A stretch of 13,771 nucleotides of DNA, from positions 1 to 13,771 of the forward strand of contig CAYMPD010000028.1 in the NCBI GenBank assembly GCA_964392445.1. Direction: 5' to 3'. This stretch comes from an uncultured archaeon (GTDB lineage: Archaea; Aenigmatarchaeota; Aenigmatarchaeia; CG10238-14). Within the stretch, counting starts at the first letter, position 1, and each line of letters opens with the position of its first letter. The translations under genes were made by a program, and so were the position numbers. Below, piece by piece: positions 7,009 through 13,771 of the stretch. The notes under the pieces are model-generated. The model had not been told where the DNA came from. It saw only the letters and a program-made list of their open reading frames with translations, and ran no database searches.

Positions 7009-7917
7009 ATGAAAATTCGATTGGAGTTCGCATTTTTGATCTTTTTTATAGGAATTTTGGCCTTTTTATCACCAAATTTTGTCTTATCAGCTACAGTTTC
7101 TGACAACGCTACGGTAGATGTTACAATATCTGCTGTTACTGAGATTACCCTAAATACATCGACATTATCTTGGGGTGCTGCTACGCCAGGATCTAACACT
7201 TCATCTATAGAAGTAACAGTAACAAACACAGGATCTACTCAGGTAAATAATATTTATTCTCATGTGGACACAATCGACGTAGAAAGTAGTAACCCTTGGG
7301 ATTCGTCAGGGACCGCGAGTGGCTGGTCGGCTGCAACATTCTTAGATGTTGGTAATGGGACAGTAGCTTCCGATCCAAGTTATTACTATGTTGGTCATGT
7401 AGAGTGGAATAAAAGTGATGACACAGATGCTTCAGGTTATACATTAAACTCATCTGGTACAGGATGGAAATTATCTTATGGTAGACTTTGGTTAGATGGA
7501 ACTGATGCAAGTGATTTCTACTATTGGCAATTGGTAAATGGTAGTGATGGAACATGTAAGTCTGCTGATACTGTTTTTAAAGTACAACAAACTAGAGATA
7601 GTAAAAATGTTGATGGAGGTACAGAAGCTGATGCAGAAGCTCAGAGTGGTGATTGGGCGACTTGGACTTTAGCTTCAGGAGTTGGATCAGAATATTGTAT
7701 AGCGACTTATACTGATTGCACAAAGTTTGTGTTGCATAGATACGACTATAACACGACATTTCCAACTTGTTCAAATAGAGAATATATAATAGATGGGGGA
7801 CCAATGAGTCCGAGTGATTACATAACCCTATCATTAAGAGCAAGAGTAGAGGCAGGTCATATAGAAGGAGCTGCAAGTACTGGTAATCTAAGGATTTATG
7901 CAAGTTCAGTAGCATAA
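7009..7917 (+). CDS. Secreted beta-rich protein, candidate major fimbrial subunit, 302 aa
   Basis: Sec-type signal peptide (~27 aa); mature N-terminal strand ATVSDNATVDVTISAVTEITL, then LSWG..TPG and V-T-N-T-G; 4 Cys; ends TGNLRIYA with no TM anchor. First gene of the operon, with the strongest SD. Confidence 0.7.
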   Translation: MKIRLEFAFLIFFIGILAFLSPNFVLSATVSDNATVDVTISAVTEITLNTSTLSWGAATPGSNTSSIEVTVTNTGSTQVNNIYSHVDTIDVESSNPWDSSGTASGWSAATFLDVGNGTVASDPSYYYVGHVEWNKSDDTDASGYTLNSSGTGWKLSYGRLWLDGTDASDFYYWQLVNGSDGTCKSADTVFKVQQTRDSKNVDGGTEADAEAQSGDWATWTLASGVGSEYCIATYTDCTKFVLHRYDYNTTFPTCSNREYIIDGGPMSPSDYITLSLRARVEAGHIEGAASTGNLRIYASSVA

Positions 7918-7927
7918 ACCTAATAAC

Positions 7928-7946
7928 TTTTATTTCTCTAATTTCT
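7928..7946 (+). terminator. Possible oligo-T (pyrimidine-rich) archaeal terminator/attenuator after the candidate major subunit
   Basis: TTTTATTTCTCTAATTTCT in the 40-nt gap 7918..7957, the largest gap inside the operon. Confidence 0.3.
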
Positions 7947-7957
7947 AATACATAGAC

Positions 7958-8923
7958 ATGAAATTATCTAATAGATTATTTTTCAGTTTTTTAATATCAA
8001 GTATAGTTCTTCTACCTCTAGTCAGCAGTGTATCAGTAGGTATATCCCCGGGGCATTTAAATCTGGGAGAGATTGAACCTGGTGATTCTAAAATTGCTAG
8101 ATTTTATTTAGTTACTTCCTCTAAAGAGAAGATGATAGTTCACCTTAGTTCTACAGAAGGAAACATGAACATTTATGATAGAGAGGAATACAGAGATTTG
8201 AGAAAGAATCATTCTGAGGAAGACATTAGTTCTTGGGTAGAATTCATCAATAATCCCACGGAATTATTACCTCCAAGTCAGGTTTCAGCAAAGATGAAAG
8301 AGGGATTGAATGTTGAACAACTAAGAGAAGTTAAATTCGTTTTAAGGATACCAGAGGATGCCGAACCTGGTTATCATACTGGGATTATATATATGGATCC
8401 TAAAGTAACAAAAGATGAGGAAGCAAATGTTTTTGTGAAATCTATCGTACCTCTAACTTATATTTTCAAAGTTAAAGGGAAAGCGATTAGAAGTGGAAAT
8501 ATAATAGACATAATTCACAAAACTAATAGTTTTGGTAGGAAGTGGGTACAAGTTTTTTATGAAAATAATGGAACAGTAACAACTTATGTAAATCGAGGAA
8601 GTATTATCTTTTATAATGAGAAGGGTAGAATAATTTTTGATAAAAAAACAGACGCTAGATTTGTAAAACCCGGAGAAATAAGAGAATTCAATACTTTTAT
8701 AAGACCTGGAGAGTTAGAAGATGGCGAATATGATGTTAAGGTCACTTTTGATTATACCACAGACTCTGTAACAAGAGATTTGAGACTCGATCTAGGTACA
8801 ATCTCTGAGTCACCAACTGGAAAAGTTACCGAAGAGATTCAGGGGAGGTGGGAAATACCATGGAAAATAATAATAGTAATTCTTATTATAATTTTAATAA
8901 CCTATATTATTTACAAGGGATGA
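7958..8923 (+). CDS. Two-domain exported protein with C-terminal TM anchor, DUF916/DUF3324 (WxL-interacting protein)-like, 321 aa
   Basis: Signal peptide; mature start SVGISPGHLNLGEIEPG; VKFVLRIPEDAEPGYHTGII; second domain with YENNGTV and LEDGEYDVKVTFDY; TM KIIIVILIIILITYII then YKG. The architecture parallels WxLIP/CscA-type proteins. Confidence 0.65.
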   Translation: MKLSNRLFFSFLISSIVLLPLVSSVSVGISPGHLNLGEIEPGDSKIARFYLVTSSKEKMIVHLSSTEGNMNIYDREEYRDLRKNHSEEDISSWVEFINNPTELLPPSQVSAKMKEGLNVEQLREVKFVLRIPEDAEPGYHTGIIYMDPKVTKDEEANVFVKSIVPLTYIFKVKGKAIRSGNIIDIIHKTNSFGRKWVQVFYENNGTVTTYVNRGSIIFYNEKGRIIFDKKTDARFVKPGEIREFNTFIRPGELEDGEYDVKVTFDYTTDSVTRDLRLDLGTISESPTGKVTEEIQGRWEIPWKIIIVILIIILITYIIYKG

Positions 8924-8926
8924 ATA

Positions 8927-9463
8927 ATGGAAAGAAAAATTTTAGTAATCATTTTTTTCTTAATTTCTCTAATCTTTGTTTTTTTTGTTATACTTTCTGA
9001 ATATTCAACTCCTGAATTAAAAGGCGTAGATGGATTTGAAAACGGAACATTTGAAAAAAAAGAAAACCCGTTTTTTACCCATGAGATAATAAAATATTTT
9101 ACTACAGCCGAGATTACAGAATTTGAGCCTAATGCATCAAAACAGAAAATAGGTGTGAATGTTGATCAGAATTATATTGGATTTGGGAAAATACCACAAA
9201 CTTCTGGTAGTAAAAGGACGCTTGTACTGAATAATACTAAAGATATATCTTATAGAATAAGATTCTTTGTATATGGGAATATAAGTGGGTTAGTTAGTTT
9301 TGGGAGAAGAGATTTTCTAATAAAACCAGGAGAGGGAATCGAAGTTCCTGTGAATTTAAACACATATAGGAATAGCAAACCGGGTATTTATACTGGAGAG
9401 ATAGGCATCGTAATTTCTATACCTAAAAATTTAATTTCTAAGAGTTTCCAGAGGTGGGTTTGA
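8927..9463 (+). CDS. N-terminally anchored/exported Ig-fold protein, candidate minor subunit, 178 aa
   Basis: Hydrophobic N-terminus ILVIIFFLISLIFVFFVIL; YIGFGKIP motif (cf. IDFGTINP); ends VPVNLNT...KPGIYTGEIGIV. Confidence 0.7.
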   Translation: MERKILVIIFFLISLIFVFFVILSEYSTPELKGVDGFENGTFEKKENPFFTHEIIKYFTTAEITEFEPNASKQKIGVNVDQNYIGFGKIPQTSGSKRTLVLNNTKDISYRIRFFVYGNISGLVSFGRRDFLIKPGEGIEVPVNLNTYRNSKPGIYTGEIGIVISIPKNLISKSFQRWV

Positions 9464-10243
9464 ATTAAATTACTTTATTTTACTCTTATTTTCATATTAG
9501 TTCTTGTTTCATGTTCTTATTCTCTCAAAGTTTTTCTAAACTTAGCTGAGGTATTAGAAGGAAGTTTATCACAAATAAATTATAAAAATTTAATAAAAAA
9601 TGAGATTTTTAAGTTAAGTTTCAGATTTCTTAATTCTGGAAGTGTAGGATATAAGTTGAGAGGAAGGTTGGATATATTTGACCAAGAGAGCAATTGGATT
9701 TTTACAGCTTGGACTCAAGAGGTTGATTTTTATCCTGGAACAGATAAGATTCTTAGCATCTATTACTATCCTCTTAATATTACTGGAAATTTTAATGGTA
9801 GATTAAGAGTGTATTATGGTAATGAAATTCTTGAAGACTTTTCTATAAGATTCAGAGTTGAGTCTCCAATAAGACCAAAAGAAATTGTCAATATTTCTAA
9901 TATAAAAGTTTACGATAATGTAATAGTAATGGATATAAAATCTAATAAAAATTTAACTAATGTTCTTATTGTCCCATCAAACTATCCCTTGGGTTGGATT
10001 TTTGAACAGAAAAAAATTCATGAACTTAAAGCTAATGAAATCGAACGTATATCTATTGATTATGAACCCACTCTTTGGATACCAGAAAGAAATGTTAGTT
10101 TTTATATAGTTACAGAAGATGGTAAGTATTTCGGAAGTAAAACCTTCACCTTAGAAAAAGAGAGTGGCTTAGAGAGATTTCTATATTCAACTAATAAGTG
10201 GTTAGAGAATTTTCTGTCGAAAATTTATAATCCCAAAAACTAA
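9464..10243 (+). CDS. Exported two-Ig-domain protein, 259 aa, apparent ATT start (the ORF track truncates it at TTG 9656)
   Basis: The frame is open from 9464: (M)KLLYFTLIFILVLVSCSYSLKVF..., a signal peptide. SD GAGGTG at 9451..9456 lies 7 nt before ATT. F-L-N-S-G-S-V Ig-type motif; amphipathic C-terminus. Confidence 0.75.
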   Translation: MKLLYFTLIFILVLVSCSYSLKVFLNLAEVLEGSLSQINYKNLIKNEIFKLSFRFLNSGSVGYKLRGRLDIFDQESNWIFTAWTQEVDFYPGTDKILSIYYYPLNITGNFNGRLRVYYGNEILEDFSIRFRVESPIRPKEIVNISNIKVYDNVIVMDIKSNKNLTNVLIVPSNYPLGWIFEQKKIHELKANEIERISIDYEPTLWIPERNVSFYIVTEDGKYFGSKTFTLEKESGLERFLYSTNKWLENFLSKIYNPKN

Positions 10244-10254
10244 AAACTATACAT

Positions 10255-11004
10255 ATGTATTCAAGGATAATTGGTGTGATTTCGGGGAAAGGTGGTGTGG
10301 GAAAAACAACCACTGTAATTAATCTTTCTGCGGCTTTAAATCAAATGAACAAGAATGTTATAGCACTTGATGCTGATGTCAAAATGTCAGGACTTGGCCT
10401 ACAGTTGGGAATGTATTATTTTCCTGTTACTCTAAACGATGTTCTCAAAAATACCAAGAATCTTTACCAAGCAATGTATATCCATTCTTCTGGTTTGAGA
10501 ATAATTCCAGCATCACTATGTCTCAGGGAATGTAATCTATCTAATTTTGAAAAGATCTTAAATAACCCTCTCTTAGAAAACAACATGATTTTGGTTGATG
10601 GGCCACCTGGTTTGGAAGAAAATGCAATATCAGTTATGAAAGCTTGTCAAAGAACTTTAATAGTTACAGAACCTGAATTACCTGCGATTTCAGATGTTAT
10701 GAAAATAATAAAACTGAGCAAAGAAAGAGAAATTAAACCCTTAGGGATAATAATTAACAAGTATAGAAAAGGAAAAAATCAGATAACCAAAAACGAGATT
10801 CAATCCACCTGTAATCTTCCAATTATTGGAGTTATTCCTGAAGATAAAGATGTTAAAAAAAGTATTTTTCAAAGAAAACCTGTTGTATTTTCGAGTCCAT
10901 ATTCACCCGCTTCAATAGCTTATAAGAAAATCGCTGCTAGATTGATTGGACAGGAGTATGAAGATGATAGGAATTTATTGAAAAGGTTTTTGTCAAGGTT
11001 TTGA
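10255..11004 (+). CDS. minD: Archaeal MinD-family (ParA/MinD) ATPase, 249 aa
   Basis: Deviant Walker A GKGGVGKTT (10285..), DAD switch I, DGPPG switch II, IPED..V and SPAS motifs, C-terminal amphipathic membrane-targeting-like helix LLKRFLSRF. Confidence 0.92.
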   Translation: MYSRIIGVISGKGGVGKTTTVINLSAALNQMNKNVIALDADVKMSGLGLQLGMYYFPVTLNDVLKNTKNLYQAMYIHSSGLRIIPASLCLRECNLSNFEKILNNPLLENNMILVDGPPGLEENAISVMKACQRTLIVTEPELPAISDVMKIIKLSKEREIKPLGIIINKYRKGKNQITKNEIQSTCNLPIIGVIPEDKDVKKSIFQRKPVVFSSPYSPASIAYKKIAARLIGQEYEDDRNLLKRFLSRF

Positions 11005-11005
11005 T

Positions 11006-13390
11006 ATGAGGAAATTATTGTTATCACTAACATTTTTGGTAATTTTAGCTAGTATTTCAGAGGCAAAACCAGTAATTTCTAATTTAACAGTAGACCCGAC
11101 TAGTTTATGGTTGGGTGAAAGTGCGACTATATCTTTGAACTGTATAGATGATAATGAAAACAACACAATAATCAAGACTTATCTAAACATTTCAGGACCT
11201 GATATTTTTATCTCTGATTGGGATATGGAAGTAATTCAGGGAAACAAATACTCATTGACAATCGATAATTCTTATCTTTATAAGACTGGAGACTATGAAG
11301 TTAATGTTTACTGTGAAAATGTTGCAGGTGATACTGAGACTGACAAGGTAACTTTCAGAATATCCAATCTTATAAATGAAATCAATGAAATTTCGCCTGA
11401 CCCAGCTTATCTAGGTGATCAACTGGAAATAGATGTTTTTGTCAAGAAAGATGACATTAAACTTAATTCTGGTGTCAACTTTACTGTGGAAATAGGAGAT
11501 TATAAGAAAACCTTCAGTCAAGATCCACCACCTCTTTATGATGGAGGGCGAGGGTGGATATTAAAGATAGATATTCCGGATTCTATTGGGGTATATGATT
11601 TAGTGGTTCAGTCAAAGTATGATAGGGCTCAAGCGACGGTACAGGATCAAATAGAAATCAAGCAACCTCTTCAGTTTGACTTGGTTAATATAGATAAAAA
11701 ATATCTTAAAGACAGTGAGAATATAACTTTAACATTCCAGAATTCTTATAAAGGGGAGTTATTTGACCTTTCTAAAAATAATCTTAAAATATGGATCGAC
11801 AATACCGATTGTGAGATATTAGAAACATCCAGAACAGGGAGTTATTCTTATGTGAAGATAAAAGTACCTAATCTTTCTCCAGGTGAATACGATCTTAGAA
11901 TAAGACTAACTTATGAAGATTTAGATACGAAGAGTACCAATTACTTCGTCAAAGAAATCAAAGAAAAAGTTAATTATATTGTCACGGTTTCAGGGGATAT
12001 AATAGATGCTGATGATAATCCTGTGAAGACATCAATTGATTTCAAGAATAGTAGGGTGAACAAAAAAATTTATACAGATGGAGAGGGACATTATTCTGCA
12101 GAAATACCTATAGGGGATTATGAGATTAAATTAGATTTCCCAGGATCAACTATAATATTAACAGGAGTCGATATTGGAGATTTTGAAGATCCTATAAGAT
12201 ATGATGAAGTATCTTCTGGCATTAATATAGAAGGTATAGGTGTCGTAGAGATTTTTGTCTATGAATTTGCTTTGGATTTTGAAGAAGCTTATATTGAAAT
12301 GGAGTATGATGATAGTAAAATACCAGATGAAAATAGGATTTCTCTTTATAGATGCGAGAGTTGGAATTTTGGGAGAAGAGAATGTAATAGTGAATGGAAT
12401 AAAATTAGCGCTAATGCCGATGATATCAGAAATTATGTTAAACTAAATACAACTACTCTTTCAACTTTCCTTGTAGGTTATAAAAAGGAGATGTTAGTTG
12501 ATGCTAATATTGAGAAGGAACAATATTATCTTAACGATATAATAAAAATTCTTGGTATAGTTGAGGACGAGGAACAAAGAGCAGTTAGTGGAGCAGAAAT
12601 AAAAGGAAGAATCGAAGGTACTAATATAGAGTTTAAAACTGAGTCTGATGATGGGGGAGTTTTTTCAAAAGAGTTCCAAGGACCAAACAAAGAAGGAATT
12701 TATAATATTACCCTTACAGCTGATAAATCTCCTTATGGAAAGGTAAATCAAACAATAAATTTGGAAGTGGTCAGAAGTAAAAAACTTACATTGACAGTTC
12801 CTAGTAGCATAAAAGTAAGGAAAGGGGAAAACAAAACTTCAGAATTCCTTATTAACAATATTGGTCAAACAGATTTTCAGAATTTAGTTCTTTCGATAGA
12901 GGGAATACCTGATTACTATAATATTATAGATGGAGAAATATCTGAGCTTAAAACTGGGGAAAAAAAGATCGTGCCGGTTATCCTCCAAATTCCCAAAGGA
13001 GCTAGAATAGAAACTTATTCTGGTAAGGCGAGAGTAGACTATGATAATGTAAGCTTAGAAGAAAAATTTCTTTTAAATATTTTAGAAATGGAGGAAAATC
13101 AAACTACTGGGGAAGTACAAGGCGATGATCAAAAAGAACCAGAATTTAGTTTACCTTCTGCTAAAATTGTTATACCTAGTTTTTCCATAGAGACAATTTT
13201 AATTTCTATATTCGGTGTTTTATCAGTGGGGAGTGCTGCTTGGTTCAGAAGGAAAAAAAATATACCAGATGAAGAGAGAAAGGATGTTAAAAATTTACTT
13301 TTAGATATTAAGAGAGAGATAGAAAGAGAACATACAGATTCTAAGAAAAAATCTAATAAAAGGAAAGAGCAAATTAATTATGCTAGTTGA
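11006..13390 (+). CDS. Large multi-Ig-domain membrane-anchored surface protein, 794 aa
   Basis: Signal peptide ending ISEA. Several Ig-like domains, including two carboxypeptidase-regulatory-like domains (VSGDIIDADDNPV...YTDGEGHY; GIVEDEEQRAVSGA...ESDDGGVF), a PGF-pre-PGF-like segment (YDDSKI...LYRC..W.....C..EW...TLSTFLVG) and a NEW3-like domain. TM ILISIFGVLSVGSAAWF, then RRKK and a charged cytoplasmic tail. Confidence 0.8.
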   Translation: MRKLLLSLTFLVILASISEAKPVISNLTVDPTSLWLGESATISLNCIDDNENNTIIKTYLNISGPDIFISDWDMEVIQGNKYSLTIDNSYLYKTGDYEVNVYCENVAGDTETDKVTFRISNLINEINEISPDPAYLGDQLEIDVFVKKDDIKLNSGVNFTVEIGDYKKTFSQDPPPLYDGGRGWILKIDIPDSIGVYDLVVQSKYDRAQATVQDQIEIKQPLQFDLVNIDKKYLKDSENITLTFQNSYKGELFDLSKNNLKIWIDNTDCEILETSRTGSYSYVKIKVPNLSPGEYDLRIRLTYEDLDTKSTNYFVKEIKEKVNYIVTVSGDIIDADDNPVKTSIDFKNSRVNKKIYTDGEGHYSAEIPIGDYEIKLDFPGSTIILTGVDIGDFEDPIRYDEVSSGINIEGIGVVEIFVYEFALDFEEAYIEMEYDDSKIPDENRISLYRCESWNFGRRECNSEWNKISANADDIRNYVKLNTTTLSTFLVGYKKEMLVDANIEKEQYYLNDIIKILGIVEDEEQRAVSGAEIKGRIEGTNIEFKTESDDGGVFSKEFQGPNKEGIYNITLTADKSPYGKVNQTINLEVVRSKKLTLTVPSSIKVRKGENKTSEFLINNIGQTDFQNLVLSIEGIPDYYNIIDGEISELKTGEKKIVPVILQIPKGARIETYSGKARVDYDNVSLEEKFLLNILEMEENQTTGEVQGDDQKEPEFSLPSAKIVIPSFSIETILISIFGVLSVGSAAWFRRKKNIPDEERKDVKNLLLDIKREIEREHTDSKKKSNKRKEQINYAS

Positions 13391-13770
13391 TGAGAAAAAA
13401 ACTTTATTCTAGTAATCCCAATTATTTCTTGAAATACATGGTTTCAATTAAAACTATCTTGATATTAAATATAATTCTCCTATGTTTAGCTTTAATTTAC
13501 TATTTTAGAGTTGAAATAACGGGCTTTGTCTCCGATGTTGCGACTGTTTCTTTGAGTATAGGTGGTGCAGAGGTTAGATTAACAATCTATAATGAAAAAT
13601 CAAAATACTGTCCAAATGAAAGTGCTACTATAGCTAATATAATTCAAAATACGGGGATATTAGATACTTCTGGAAATCTTTCAACCACTATCAGTTCTCC
13701 TGATGGTGAGGTTATTCTTTCAGATAATTGGAATAATATTGATTTACCTGTTGACGAAACAAAAGAATTC
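13390..13770 (+). CDS. Exported Ig-fold protein with N-terminal TM segment, 3'-truncated; absent from the ORF track
   Basis: ATG at 13390 overlaps the upstream TGA (TGATG coupling); an alternative in-frame ATG is at 13438. Translation MRKKLYSSNPNYFLKYMVSIKTILILNIILLCLALIYYFRVEITGFVSDVATVSLSIGG...IQNTG..., open to the window end. Confidence 0.8.
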   Translation, partial: MRKKLYSSNPNYFLKYMVSIKTILILNIILLCLALIYYFRVEITGFVSDVATVSLSIGGAEVRLTIYNEKSKYCPNESATIANIIQNTGILDTSGNLSTTISSPDGEVILSDNWNNIDLPVDETKEF

Positions 13771-13771
13771 A

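Noticed and set aside
4445-7915. Minus-strand ORFs 4445..4681, 6074..6268, 6966..7229, 7235..7555, 7592..7915
   Set aside because: Antisense to well-supported genes. Their His/Leu/Tyr-biased or hydrophobic composition mirrors the sense codons.
7009-9463. Type IV pilin or archaellin identity for the exported proteins
   Set aside because: No class III signal peptide (basic residues-G/A, then a hydrophobic stretch with +5 E/Q) and no PilB/PilC-type genes; the signals look like SPase I or signal-anchor type.
9656-9658. TTG start of the 195-aa ORF
   Set aside because: It is mid-domain. The frame extends to 9464, where an SD and a signal peptide are present.
10255-11004. Mrp/ApbC Fe-S carrier or ParA partition ATPase
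   Set aside because: It lacks the CxxC motif of Mrp, and it has a MinD-type C-terminal amphipathic helix with no adjacent parB.
10993-12446. ORFs 10993..11175 (-) and 12255..12446 (+)
   Set aside because: Short, almost wholly nested in the 794-aa CDS, with no motif support.

Overview
AT-rich archaeal window, probably from a DPANN lineage such as Aenigmatarchaeota; the taxonomy is inferred from SD/TATA style, an archaeal-type MinD, N-glycosylation-sequon-rich surface proteins and ITGxV-type motifs. Almost all of it is one cell-surface appendage locus. It starts with a 5'-truncated giant secreted protein (3..5537, at least 1844 aa) built from about 300-aa Cys-rich/Ca-loop/Ig modules and Big_3-like repeats. 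That protein ends in a pilin-like domain with no membrane anchor. Next come a membrane-anchored Ig protein, a lone PqqD/RRE protein and a convergent winged-helix regulator missed by the ORF track (apparent ATA start). A tightly coupled operon follows: a candidate major filament subunit, a DUF916/DUF3324-like anchored protein, two more Ig-fold exported proteins (one with an ATT start), MinD, a large multi-Ig membrane protein and a 3'-truncated exported protein. The giant protein's last domain and the candidate major subunit share both N-terminal and C-terminal strand signatures. This suggests a non-type-IV, WxL/TasA/tafi-like fimbria carrying a giant modular tip adhesin. An exact 192-bp in-frame direct repeat and a GC step inside the adhesin gene suggest module shuffling, or an assembly break. 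All domain calls are by eye; no database searches were run.
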